Made by a program: the position numbers and the translations under genes. From contig DAOUEJ010000017.1 in the NCBI GenBank assembly GCA_034430615.1, forward strand, positions 11,079-75,078: a stretch of DNA of 64,000 nucleotides, read 5' to 3'. Numbering within the stretch: the stretch's first letter is position 1; every line of letters starts with the position of its first letter. The DNA comes from Anaerolineales bacterium (GTDB lineage: Bacteria; Chloroflexota; Anaerolineae; Anaerolineales; E44-bin32). Below the pieces are notes generated by a model. The model did not search any database. It saw nothing but the letters and a program-made list of their open reading frames with translations, and was not told where the DNA came from. Positions 9,465-18,846 of the stretch are shown here, one piece after another.

Positions 9465-10551
9465 GAAAGCGGTGCGTTCCTCGATCACCATCCTTGAGGG
9501 GGATCAAACCGGACAGGAGTTACTTGAGGAAGCGCTGCGCGTCCTCGACCCTGACGTGAGCAGGGTGCCTTTGACATTTGAACGCTTCGACCTGAGCCTG
9601 TCCAACCGCAGAGCCACGAGCAATCAAGTTATTCTCGATGCGGCCGAGTCGATGAAGGGCTGCGGGTTGGGCTTGAAGGCCGCGACCATCACGCCCACCG
9701 ATCCCGATGACGTTGGCAGCCCGAACGCGATCCTGCGCGAAGCGATCGATGGCCGGGTGATCCTGCGCACAGGCCGGCGCATCCCCAACATCCGCCCGGT
9801 AGGGGGTGTGCATGCTCCGATCTCGGTCGTACGCATGGCCGTCGGCGGGGCCTACGGCGCGCAGGAGTGGCGCGAGGTTGAGGAGAACGGTCAGGAGGTC
9901 GCCTTCCGCACCGAACGCATCTCGCGCCGCACCTGCCGTTCGGTGGCCGAGTTCGCCTTCCAGCATGCTGAGCGAACTGGGGCAAAAGTTTTCGGCGGGC
10001 CCAAGTTCACGGTCAGTCCACTTTATGAGGGGATGTTTAAGGAAGAGCTAGATCAGGCGGCCGCACGTCATCCCAACGTCCGCTACCAGCCACAGTTGAT
10101 CGATGCCACCTACGCCCTGCTGCTTCAGAATGCTGGGGAGGCGCTTGTGATCCCGGCCCTCAACCGCGATGGCGATTGCCTCTCGGACCTGGTCCTGCAG
10201 ATGTATGGTTCAATTGCTGGATCTGAATCGCTCGTACTCGCTTTCGACGAATCGGGCACAAAGGTCTGCGCCGTGATGGCGGAAGCCCCGCATGGGACTG
10301 CGCCAGCGCTCGAAGGCAAAAATATCGCCAACCCGATGGCCATGATCCTGGCTGGGGCAGCGCTTTTGAATTATGTGGGCAGTCTAGCCGCTGAGCATGC
10401 CTCGCGAGCGATTTACGAAGCGACCTTCGAAGCCGTGTACCAGGGCACAGCTACACCAGACATGCGCGGCCAGGCAAATACGCAGGAGTTCACCGACGAA
10501 GTGATCCGCCGCGTGACCGCCAAGCTTGAGGTTTGGTCCAGCCTGGCTTGA
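9454..10551 (+). CDS. Isocitrate/isopropylmalate dehydrogenase family (IDH/HICDH-like, probably NAD-dependent)
   Basis: LEGDQTGQE, SPNAILR, NRDGDCLSD, EAPHGTAPALEGKNIANP motifs. Confidence 0.87.
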   Translation: MMNEKAVRSSITILEGDQTGQELLEEALRVLDPDVSRVPLTFERFDLSLSNRRATSNQVILDAAESMKGCGLGLKAATITPTDPDDVGSPNAILREAIDGRVILRTGRRIPNIRPVGGVHAPISVVRMAVGGAYGAQEWREVEENGQEVAFRTERISRRTCRSVAEFAFQHAERTGAKVFGGPKFTVSPLYEGMFKEELDQAAARHPNVRYQPQLIDATYALLLQNAGEALVIPALNRDGDCLSDLVLQMYGSIAGSESLVLAFDESGTKVCAVMAEAPHGTAPALEGKNIANPMAMILAGAALLNYVGSLAAEHASRAIYEATFEAVYQGTATPDMRGQANTQEFTDEVIRRVTAKLEVWSSLA

Positions 10552-10599
10552 TCGGCGGTCCTGAGCAACGTACATGACCAGAAGCTAGTTTGAGAGCTT

Positions 10600-11526
10600 A
10601 TGATGCCCGCGAAGTGGTCCTTCTTCAAGATAAGTGCACTCTCCCTGGCGCTGTCATTGGGCGCATGCAACTCTGCTCTTTCCCAAGGGCCCATCGATGT
10701 TCCGGTTGTTTCGAGCGCTGAAATCTCGCCCCCCGCAGCCTCACAACTAGAAACACCGACTGCGTTCACTCCACCCCCGCTCAGCGCGTCCACGCCAGCG
10801 ATCGTGATCGAACCTCCGGCCGTCATCCCGACCCCGACATACCCGCCGGCCTCGGTTGGTGTCTCCCAAGAGGAACTGGCCATTTTCTCCCCTGGACCGG
10901 GTTCAATGGTGCTGTCCCCGATCAGCTTGCATGGCTACGGAGGCCCCAGTCTAAACAACATGGTCGAGCTGCGCTTGATCGGCGAAGATGGACGGATCAT
11001 CTCGCGCGGTAAAACGGTTCTTTACTCCTACCCTGGACGTCCGGGTCTGTTCTACGGCCAAATTCCCTTTACTTCGCCGGCGCTGGCTGAAGAAGCCTGG
11101 CTGCAGGTCCGGTCCTTCGGCGATCGTTATGGCCTGCTCAAACACCTGACAACCGTACCGATCACACTCCTCACAAGCGGAGAAGCCCGCATCACGACCA
11201 GCTTGCACGGACCCGAGAAGATCACGATTTTTACGCCTCCTGAAGGTTCGGCTGTTCAGGGTCCGAGAATATTCATCCAGGGAGCGGCCTGGACCGATGG
11301 CGGTGGCACGCTCTCGGTCGAGATTCTCGATTTGCGCGGTACGGTCATTGCTACAGCCGAAGTGGAGATCGATGCCCCCAAAGCAGGTGCACTGGGCACG
11401 TTTCAGCTTGATCTCGAACTTCCGCTTGACATTTCTCAGTGGGTCCGCATCGCTGTCTTTGAACATGGTGGTGAGATCCCCGGTGTAACCCATTACAGCA
11501 GTGTTCAGATCTGGCTTTGGCGTTGA
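10600..11526 (+). CDS. Lipoprotein with Pro/Thr-rich linker and two Gmad2-like Ig-fold domains
   Basis: Lipobox LGAC; two repeats of I.(S/T)P.(P/E)G.(V)..P(I)..(H/Q)G...(L/V).(L/I)...G..I. Confidence 0.68.
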   Translation: MMPAKWSFFKISALSLALSLGACNSALSQGPIDVPVVSSAEISPPAASQLETPTAFTPPPLSASTPAIVIEPPAVIPTPTYPPASVGVSQEELAIFSPGPGSMVLSPISLHGYGGPSLNNMVELRLIGEDGRIISRGKTVLYSYPGRPGLFYGQIPFTSPALAEEAWLQVRSFGDRYGLLKHLTTVPITLLTSGEARITTSLHGPEKITIFTPPEGSAVQGPRIFIQGAAWTDGGGTLSVEILDLRGTVIATAEVEIDAPKAGALGTFQLDLELPLDISQWVRIAVFEHGGEIPGVTHYSSVQIWLWR

Positions 11527-11588
11527 GTGCTTACCCTGATTTTGGCACCGATCCTGTAACCAGGATGACATAGCCGGGAAATGCCGGG

Positions 11589-11597
11589 TGATATAAT
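11589..11597 (+). promoter_or_regulatory. Extended -10 promoter element for the VanW gene
   Basis: TGaTATAAT 20 nt upstream of ATG 11618. Confidence 0.6.
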
Positions 11598-11617
11598 CCG
11601 CCTCCTTCGAGACCAAA

Positions 11618-13453
11618 ATGCAGAATCCTCAAGCACTCCAACGCCGAGATCCAAGCACGTTGATTCTGCGCGCCCTGGCGCTGGTCATCAGCACGGTAAG
11701 CATTCTGATCCTGGGAGCTGTGATTCTCATCCTCGGCATCCGGCTCGCGTATTCGGGGCGTGCGCTCCCGGGTGTATTTCTATCCGGTCTTCCGCTGGGC
11801 GGGAAAACCCAGGCCGAGATCGTTGAATTGCTGGCGCCCGTCTATCCCTACGCCGAGCAGGGCACGATCATCCTGACTGATGACGAGGCCAACTGGATGC
11901 TGACCCCGGCTGACCTCGGGGTAGCCATCGATATAGAAGCCATGGCCCAGCAAGCGCTGGGCGTAGGACGACAGGGCACATTCACGCAACGAATCGAAGA
12001 CCAAATCAATGCCTGGTACCGCGGCCTCTCGGTTGCCCCGATTGTCCGCCTCGATAAGATCGTGGGAGGACACACGCTGGGTGGGATCGCGGCCCAGGTT
12101 GACCGGGCGATGATCGAAGCCAGCATCTACATCGAGGGGACACAGGTGATCAGCACACCTGGCCAGGTCGGTCGAGAACTTGACATGGCAGCCACACTGC
12201 TTGCACTGGAAGAGCCCGTTCACGCAATGAACGACGCTCTGATCCCACTCGCCATCGTCGATGCCCCACCCGTCATACTCGACGCCACTCCGCTCGCAGC
12301 CGTAGCCCAGGAGCTGCTGCGCCAGCCGCTGCATATCACCGCTGACGGCGCTGAGGACATCGTCCTCCAGCCAGGAACCCTGGCCAGCATGCTCGATTTT
12401 GCGGTGAGCGGCGAGGGCGCGGCCGCAGCGTATACGATGCAGATCGACCCCGCTCAAACACGGGCCTTACTTGAGCCCCGCACGCCCGAATTGGAGCGTA
12501 GGCCTGAAAACGCCCGTTTTATCTTCAACGACGACACCCGGCAGCTGGATCTGCTCACACCTGCCATGATTGGTCGGACACTGGATATCGACGCCTCCAT
12601 CACTACCATCAACGAAGGCTTGAATGCCGGACAGCACAGCATCGGGCTTGCGTTTTCGTTTGAAACCCCACCAGTCGCCGATCAGGCTACTGCGGAAGAA
12701 CTCGGCATCTCTGAAGCGGTCAGTGTCGTGTCGACCTATTTCTCCGGATCCAGCCGCGAACGCATCCAGAACATCAGCACCGCTTCCTCCGCTTTCCATG
12801 GCTTGCTGATCCCACCCGGCGGGACGCTTTCTATGGCGGACATCCTCGGGGATATCAGCCTCGACAGCGGCTACGCCGAGGCGTTGATTATCTATGGCGA
12901 TAAAACGATCAAGGGAGTCGGGGGTGGCGTATGCCAGGTGAGCACGACCCTCTTCCGGGCCGTCTTCTTCGGTGGGTACGAGATCGTTGAGCGCCACCCG
13001 CACGCTTACCGCGTGGGCTACTACGAGCAGGGACCTGGCTCACCTGGACCGGGGCTGGATGCTACCGTTTTTGTTCCACTCGTCGATTTTAGATTCCGCA
13101 ACGATACGCCGTACTGGCTGCTCATGGAAACCTACATCTACGGCAACCAGCTGCTGTGGAAGTTTTACTCAACCTCGGACGGCCGTTCTGTAACCAGGAG
13201 CAGCCAGGTTTCGAACGAGATCGATGCCCCCAAACCACTTTACAAGGAAAACAGCGACCTACCCGAGGGGAAGATCAACCAGATCGACTACCAGGCAGAT
13301 GGCATGGATGTCGTTGTGTACCGTACTGTAAAGGTGGGCGGTGACATACTCCACGAGGATGTGATTAAAACCCACTACCTGCCCTGGCGGGCGATCTACG
13401 AATTCGGGCCTGGAACCGATCTTCCTAGCGGGGTAGAGGTTGAAGATAATTAA
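11618..13453 (+). CDS. VanW-family protein with N-terminal TM and putative peptidoglycan-binding domain
   Basis: VGGGVCQVSTTLFRA, ERHPHAYRVGYYE, GLDATV...DFRFRNDT; C-terminal G5-like G.DV.VYR.V. Confidence 0.88.
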   Translation: MQNPQALQRRDPSTLILRALALVISTVSILILGAVILILGIRLAYSGRALPGVFLSGLPLGGKTQAEIVELLAPVYPYAEQGTIILTDDEANWMLTPADLGVAIDIEAMAQQALGVGRQGTFTQRIEDQINAWYRGLSVAPIVRLDKIVGGHTLGGIAAQVDRAMIEASIYIEGTQVISTPGQVGRELDMAATLLALEEPVHAMNDALIPLAIVDAPPVILDATPLAAVAQELLRQPLHITADGAEDIVLQPGTLASMLDFAVSGEGAAAAYTMQIDPAQTRALLEPRTPELERRPENARFIFNDDTRQLDLLTPAMIGRTLDIDASITTINEGLNAGQHSIGLAFSFETPPVADQATAEELGISEAVSVVSTYFSGSSRERIQNISTASSAFHGLLIPPGGTLSMADILGDISLDSGYAEALIIYGDKTIKGVGGGVCQVSTTLFRAVFFGGYEIVERHPHAYRVGYYEQGPGSPGPGLDATVFVPLVDFRFRNDTPYWLLMETYIYGNQLLWKFYSTSDGRSVTRSSQVSNEIDAPKPLYKENSDLPEGKINQIDYQADGMDVVVYRTVKVGGDILHEDVIKTHYLPWRAIYEFGPGTDLPSGVEVEDN

Positions 13454-13476
13454 ACCCGCCCCTTCCAGCCATTAAT

Positions 13477-13505
13477 TTGACAATCCAGCGGCTCGCGTTT
13501 ATGTT
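13477..13505 (+). promoter_or_regulatory. Sigma70-type promoter for the Trm112-HEAT pair
   Basis: TTGACA-17 bp-TATGTT. Confidence 0.55.
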
Positions 13506-13540
13506 CTACCGTCTCGTGCATTCTTGTTCTCAACGAGGAG

Positions 13541-13774
13541 ATGGTCATGATTAGTGAAGATCTGCTCGAAATCTTGCGCTGTCCGAATTGTGTCCGCGAA
13601 AGAGAGGGAGCCCTGAAGCTCCACCGCGACACCTGGCTGATCTGCCAGGAGCCTGATTGCGGGCGCAAGTATCCGATCAAGGACGACATCCCGGTGATGC
13701 TGATCGAGGAGGGTGATCGCTGGGTGGACACTGCGGTCGAAGACCTGCCCGTGCCGCCTCCCGTGGATGGATGA
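13541..13774 (+). CDS. Trm112-family protein (zinc-ribbon type)
   Basis: LLEILRCPNC...LIC...CGRKYPIKDDIPVML. Confidence 0.82.
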   Translation: MVMISEDLLEILRCPNCVREREGALKLHRDTWLICQEPDCGRKYPIKDDIPVMLIEEGDRWVDTAVEDLPVPPPVDG

Positions 13775-14363
13775 AGCCAGTCTACCGGTAGAGGCGCTCC
13801 TCGGAGATCTAAACTCCGGTGACGATGTCCGTGCCGAGCAAGCCGTTCACCATATCGCTGGCCGCGGCCCGAGCGTCATCCCGCACCTCGTCCAACAACT
13901 CTCATCACCGAATCCCGATCGACGCTGGTGGGCTATGGCCGCCCTAGCGCTGATCGACCATACCGATGCCCGCATCTCAATCGCCCAATCGCTGCGAGAC
14001 CCCGATGTAAGCGTGCGCCAATGCGCCGCGCTTGGCCTGCGCCAGCAACCGACTCAAGACGCTATTCCCGCTCTACTCGAAGCCATGCATGACCCGGACC
14101 AACTGCTCGCCCGGCTCGCCGGTGATGCACTCATTGCTCTGGGAGCGTTGGCCGTCTCCCCTCTGACAGAAGTGCTGCGTGATATCAATCCATCCGTGCG
14201 AATTGAAGCTGCCCGGGCGCTGGCTCATATCAACGATTCGGCCGTCATCGCTCCGCTCTTCGCAGCGCTAGAAGACCGTTCAGCGTTAGTCATCTATTGG
14301 GCGGAACTCGGATTGCAGCGGATGGGTGTGGGGATGGTTTACTACAACCCGGGGCCAGCTTAG
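13767..14363 (+). CDS. HEAT-repeat (PBS-lyase-like) protein
   Basis: Repeated L.D.D..VR..AA.AL units; ATG overlaps the Trm112 stop region. Confidence 0.8.
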   Translation: MDEASLPVEALLGDLNSGDDVRAEQAVHHIAGRGPSVIPHLVQQLSSPNPDRRWWAMAALALIDHTDARISIAQSLRDPDVSVRQCAALGLRQQPTQDAIPALLEAMHDPDQLLARLAGDALIALGALAVSPLTEVLRDINPSVRIEAARALAHINDSAVIAPLFAALEDRSALVIYWAELGLQRMGVGMVYYNPGPA

Positions 14364-14848
14364 CTTAGAAACAGCCAGACGACCCAAGTTGCGATCATTG
14401 CCACGCCAAGCGCGAATTTCACCAGGACCGAAGCCCCGTAGCCAAGCCCCATGCCAAACGTAGCCCGCAGAGCGGCCTCGACATCCTGCTGGCGCACATA
14501 CTCCATAATGAACGTCCCGGCCAGCATCCCAACGACCAGGCCCAGCGGGCCGCCCACCAGAAGCCCGGCCAGGCCCAGAACGAGCCCAGCAAAGATGCTG
14601 AGCAGCGAGGCCCCCCCTTTACGTGCACCAGCTCCGCTCATCCAGACCTCCGAGAAGATCCCGATCACACCCAACACCGAGATAATCCCGAAGAGCCAGC
14701 CCCCGCTCGCTCCCCAGCCCACCAGCAGCGCATAACCCAGGGCCGCGATCCAAATCAGGGGCAGGTCGGGCAAGACTGGAAGTATCGTACCCAGCAGGCC
14801 GACCAACATCAGCAAGCCAGTCAGGATCGAGTAGAGCACTTCCATCAC
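14360..14848 (-). CDS. DUF456-family membrane protein
   Basis: [14 protein letters not shown]...GARKGGAS...G.LVGGPLG..G...G.F..EY pattern. Confidence 0.78.
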   Translation of the reverse strand: MMEVLYSILTGLLMLVGLLGTILPVLPDLPLIWIAALGYALLVGWGASGGWLFGIISVLGVIGIFSEVWMSGAGARKGGASLLSIFAGLVLGLAGLLVGGPLGLVVGMLAGTFIMEYVRQQDVEAALRATFGMGLGYGASVLVKFALGVAMIATWVVWLFLS

Positions 14849-16134
14849 GCTGTTTCCCGGGCTTCGATCCGCTCCACCCTGCCCATGTAGGGCCGCAGTA
14901 CCTCTGGGATGATGATGCTCCCGTCGGCCTGCTGGTAGTTTTCCATCACCCCGATCACGGTGCGCGGAAGCGCCAGGCCAGATCCGTTCAGCGTATGGAC
15001 AAACTGCGGGCGGGCATCAGCCTCCGACCGGTAGCGGATATTGGCCCGGCGGGCCTGGAAAGTCTCACAGTTGCTGCACGAGCTCACTTCGAGCCACTCG
15101 CCGCTCCCCGGCGCCCAGAGCTCGATATCAAACTTCTTGGAGGCCGTGAAGCCAAGGTCACCGGTGACCATCTCGATCACGCGGTGTGGAATGCCGAGCC
15201 CGCGGCAGACCTCCTCGGCGTTCGTCACCAGGTCTTGAAGCTCATCGTAGGAACGCTCGGGCGTGGTGAAGTGGTACATCTCGACCTTGTCGAATTGATG
15301 GCCGCGCTTGATCCCGCGCACATCGCGTCCGGCGGAAAATTTCTCGCGCCGGAAGCAGGGTGAATACGCTACATACTTGCGGGGAAGATCCTCCTCCTCC
15401 AGGATCTCATCCCGGTGCAGGTTGGTGAGCGGGATCTCGGCTGTGCCGATCAGCCACAGATCCTCTTCCGCATCGTGGTAAATGTTGTCGCGGAATTTCG
15501 GCAGCTGCCCAGCCCCCCACATGCATTCCTCCCGTACCACCGCTGGTGGGTAGACCTCCGTGTAGCCACGTGAAGTGTGCAGATCCAGCATCCATTGGAT
15601 CAGTGCCCTCTGAAGATGCGCGCCGAGGCCGAACATGACGTAGAAGCGGCTGCCGGAGAGCTTCACGCCCCGCTCAAAGTCAATCAGTCCTAATTGAGAA
15701 CCAAGCTCCCAGTGAGGAACCGGGGCAAATCCGAATTCGGCCGCCGTCTTCGGCTCGCCTTCCTGGCGCAGGATCCGGTTCTCGCTTTCATCGGCTCCGA
15801 CCGGGACGCTCGCATGAGGCAGGTTCGGAACCAGATACATCGCCTGCTCGAGATCATGGTCTACCTGGCGCAGATCCTGCTCGAAATCCTTGATGCGCTG
15901 GTTGACCCCACCCATTTCCTCGATCAGTGGCGCACGCTCGGCCTGCTCTTTGATGGAACCGATCTTCTTCGAGGTCACGTTGCGCTCATGGCGCAGATCC
16001 TCCAGCTCCTGCAGGATCTGGCGCCGGCGTTCATCCAGCTGCAGGATCTCATCGATCGGGGCTTCGGCCTGGAGCGTGGCGATGGCGGCCTTCACCTGCT
16101 CCGGGTTTTCACGAATGGTCTTAATATCTAACAT
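14845..16134 (-). CDS. serS: Serine--tRNA ligase
   Basis: [22 protein letters not shown]...[32 protein letters not shown]. Confidence 0.97.
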   Translation of the reverse strand: MLDIKTIRENPEQVKAAIATLQAEAPIDEILQLDERRRQILQELEDLRHERNVTSKKIGSIKEQAERAPLIEEMGGVNQRIKDFEQDLRQVDHDLEQAMYLVPNLPHASVPVGADESENRILRQEGEPKTAAEFGFAPVPHWELGSQLGLIDFERGVKLSGSRFYVMFGLGAHLQRALIQWMLDLHTSRGYTEVYPPAVVREECMWGAGQLPKFRDNIYHDAEEDLWLIGTAEIPLTNLHRDEILEEEDLPRKYVAYSPCFRREKFSAGRDVRGIKRGHQFDKVEMYHFTTPERSYDELQDLVTNAEEVCRGLGIPHRVIEMVTGDLGFTASKKFDIELWAPGSGEWLEVSSCSNCETFQARRANIRYRSEADARPQFVHTLNGSGLALPRTVIGVMENYQQADGSIIIPEVLRPYMGRVERIEARETA

Positions 16135-16164
16135 GCTTCTCCTCCTGGCACCCTGCGTAGGATC

Positions 16165-16410
16165 AACAAAGCCTCCCCATCCGCAGGACGAGGAGGCATA
16201 CTCGTGGTGCCACCTGCATTTGCCGTCAAAACGGCCTCTGGAGCTATAACGGGCTTACCCGGCAACCCCTTACGGTAGGTTTCTACCCCTTCGGGAGCGA
16301 CTGGCTGAGCTCAGCCGGCGAAGTGGATTCACCCCGGTTCGCATGCCGCCTTCACAGCCTGCGGCGGCTCTCTGGATGCTCAGCCAGGGATACTGGTCTT
16401 CGCGCGAGTC
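16165..16410 (-). ncRNA. T-box riboswitch (Ser, specifier UCC) leader of serS
   Basis: Minus strand: stem I closed by GCGAAG/CTTCGC (16403-16318) with AGTA, AGAGAG bulge and GCTGTGAA loop; specifier GAA-TCC-A (16327-16325); T-box AATGCAGGTGGCACCACG (16220-16203); terminator GCCTCC...GGAGGC-TTTGTT. Confidence 0.93.
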
Positions 16411-16446
16411 GTTTAATCTTGATCACTAACCTGATGCTTGCTGCGC

Positions 16447-16474
16447 ATTATAGCTTTCAGGTGGGGTGAGTCAA
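16447..16474 (-). promoter_or_regulatory. Sigma70-type promoter of the T-box/serS transcript
   Basis: TTGACT-16 bp-TATAAT on the minus strand, just upstream of T-box stem I. Confidence 0.75.
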
Positions 16475-16520
16475 GCTGTTGTAGTCGATAAGGATCGCAA
16501 GCAGAAATACCAACCAGGGT

Positions 16521-16549
16521 TTGACAATCGGTGAGGCTGCGCTTATCCT
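16521..16549 (+). promoter_or_regulatory. Sigma70-type promoter of the SPT-like operon
   Basis: TTGACA-17 bp-TATCCT. Confidence 0.65.
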
Positions 16550-16679
16550 CCATTGGCTTATGGGTGGGGGGCAGAAGTTGCCCGGATGCCCATCGCTGCT
16601 TTAGCACACACCGACCCATGTTCACGGCCGGTGTGGACCAGGCTGCAGGCAGAAGACCGAAACGAAAGGGAGTATGTGG

Positions 16680-17861
16680 ATGGACATCTTCGAGAAGTGC
16701 GATTCTTTCGTCATCGCCCGTATCGCGAAAGCATCTGGTCTTTATCCCTACTTTTTAACGATCGAAGACAGCGAGGGCACCGAGGCCGTGATCGATGGGC
16801 ACCGGGTCCTCATGCTCGGGTCCAACAACTACCTTGGCCTGACGACCGACCCGCGCGTGCGGGCGGCGGCGATCAAAGCAACCGAAACCTACGGCACGAG
16901 CTGTACGGGCTCGCGCCTTCAGAACGGGACACTGGCCCTGCACCTGGAGCTGGAAGAACGGCTAGCAAAATTCGTCGGCAAGGAAGCCGCACTGGTCTTC
17001 AGCACCGGCTTCCAGGTCAACCTGGGCGTGATTTCCTGCTTGATCACGCGTAACGACGTCGTCGTTACCGATAAAGAAGACCATGCCAGTATCATTGACG
17101 GCGCCATGCTTGCTATGGGCGACCTGCGCCGCTTTGGCCACAACGACATGAAGCACCTCGACCGGGTGTTGGAAGGACTGGACGCCGACAGCGGTGCATT
17201 GGTCGTCGTCGACGGACTGTACAGCACTGGCGGTGATCTGGCGCCGCTACCGGAAATGATCGAGGTCTGCCGCCGGCACCAGGCGCGTCTGATGGTCGAT
17301 GACGCGCACGGCCTGGGCGTGATGGCGCACGGGCGCGGCACCGCCGAGCACTTCGGCGTAACAAAAGACGTTGATCTGATCATGGGCACCTTCAGCAAGT
17401 CCTTCGCCTCGCTGGGCGGGTTCATCGCCGGCGACGAGAATATTGTGCACTACATCCAGCACAACGCCCGCTCGTTCATTTTCAGCGCGGCCATGCCGGC
17501 CTCGAACGTGGCGGCGGCGCTGGCCTCGCTCGAAATCATTGAGAACGAACCCGAGCGCGTCGATCGCTTGTGGCAGATTACCGAACGCATGCGCAGCGGT
17601 CTGAAAGAGATGGGTTTCAACACTGGCAGCAGCGTTTCACCCATCATCCCGGTCATCATCGGCGAGATGGAACCTGCCTTGAATGCCTGGAAAAAGCTCT
17701 TCGATGCTGGTGTTTACACCAACGCCTTCGTACCACCGGGCGTCCCGGAAGGCCGCTGCCTGCTGCGCACGAGCTACATGGCGACCCATACCGATGACCA
17801 GATCGACCGCGCCCTGAATATCTTCGGCGAGGTAGGACGGGAGCTGGGTCTGATTGACTGA
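16680..17861 (+). CDS. PLP-dependent alpha-oxoamine synthase, serine palmitoyltransferase-like
   Basis: LYPYF, MLGSNNYLGL, GTSCTGSRLQNGT, DHASI, VDDAHG, GTFSKS (PLP Lys). Family is certain; SPT specificity is inferred from these motifs. Confidence 0.85.
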   Translation: MDIFEKCDSFVIARIAKASGLYPYFLTIEDSEGTEAVIDGHRVLMLGSNNYLGLTTDPRVRAAAIKATETYGTSCTGSRLQNGTLALHLELEERLAKFVGKEAALVFSTGFQVNLGVISCLITRNDVVVTDKEDHASIIDGAMLAMGDLRRFGHNDMKHLDRVLEGLDADSGALVVVDGLYSTGGDLAPLPEMIEVCRRHQARLMVDDAHGLGVMAHGRGTAEHFGVTKDVDLIMGTFSKSFASLGGFIAGDENIVHYIQHNARSFIFSAAMPASNVAAALASLEIIENEPERVDRLWQITERMRSGLKEMGFNTGSSVSPIIPVIIGEMEPALNAWKKLFDAGVYTNAFVPPGVPEGRCLLRTSYMATHTDDQIDRALNIFGEVGRELGLID

Positions 17862-18834
17862 CCTCGCCCTGGTTACGGGCGCGACCGGTTTCGTCGGCTC
17901 TGCACTGTGCCGCAAGCTGCTGGCTGAAGGCTACAAGGTGCGCGCCCTGCACCGCAGCCGTTCCGCTCTACAAGCTTTAGACGGTCTCAAGGTCGAACGC
18001 TTCGAAGGTGACATCCTGCAGCCGGACACACTCGTGCCGGCGCTGCAAGGCGTGCGCTGGCTTTTCCACGCCGCCGCCCGATCGGATTACTGGCGCGACG
18101 CTTCCGGGGTTCTGCAATCTGCGGTCGAGGGCACACGCAATGTCCTGCTCGCGGCGCTGCATGCCGGCGTGGAGCGCGTGGTCCTGACAAGTTCATCTTC
18201 CGCCATGGGCATCCCACAGGGCGATGAGCTGCTCGACGAAACCAGCACTTTCAACCTGCCGCCGGAACGGTTTCCTTACGGTTATGCCAAACGCCAATCG
18301 GAGCTGGTCGCTCTCGAGCTCACCGAGCAGGGTTTAGCTGTAGTCATCGTCAACCCGAGCATCGTGCTTGGCGCAGGGGACATCAACCAGATCAGCGGCT
18401 CGCTGGTAGTACAGTCGGCGCGTGGGCATGCGTTCCTGTGGGTTGACGGTGGCACAAATCTGATCCATGTCGATGACGTCGCCTGCGGCCATCTTGCCGC
18501 ACTGCGGCGGGGCCGGAGCGGCGAGCGCTACATCCTTGGCCACGAAAACCTCACCCACCGGCAGGTTTTTAAAAGGCTGGCTGAGATCACCGGCCAGCGG
18601 AAACCCTGGTTTCACCTACCCGGAGCCCTCATCAACCCGGCCGCAATTGGCGTGGACCTGGTGCGGAAGGTGCTCCCGCTGCCACTGGACGGAAACCAAC
18701 TCCGCATGAGCGCCAACTACCTGTGGTACGACACGGGCAAGGCAACGGACGAACTGGGTTTTTCCGCCAGGATTGGTTATGAAACCGCCGCCCGCCAGGC
18801 ATACGATTGGTACCGCCAGCAGGGGATCCTGTGA
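17854..18834 (+). CDS. Extended SDR, NAD-dependent epimerase/dehydratase (HpnA/DFR-like reductase)
   Basis: TGATGFVG, FHAAA, TSSS, YGYAK (YxxxK), NPSIVLG; overlaps the upstream gene by 8 bp. Confidence 0.88.
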   Translation: MTDLALVTGATGFVGSALCRKLLAEGYKVRALHRSRSALQALDGLKVERFEGDILQPDTLVPALQGVRWLFHAAARSDYWRDASGVLQSAVEGTRNVLLAALHAGVERVVLTSSSSAMGIPQGDELLDETSTFNLPPERFPYGYAKRQSELVALELTEQGLAVVIVNPSIVLGAGDINQISGSLVVQSARGHAFLWVDGGTNLIHVDDVACGHLAALRRGRSGERYILGHENLTHRQVFKRLAEITGQRKPWFHLPGALINPAAIGVDLVRKVLPLPLDGNQLRMSANYLWYDTGKATDELGFSARIGYETAARQAYDWYRQQGIL

Positions 18835-18846
18835 CAGGGTCCAGGT

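Noticed and set aside
5686-13453. Glycopeptide-resistance locus (VanZ and VanW names)
   Set aside because: No vanH/A/X ligase cluster or vanRS; both families are widespread outside resistance loci and lie 5.5 kb apart.
6238-17861. A serine regulon made of SerA-like, serS and SPT-like genes
   Set aside because: The SerA-like gene is 8-10 kb away in another transcription unit, its substrate is uncertain, and no shared motif was seen.
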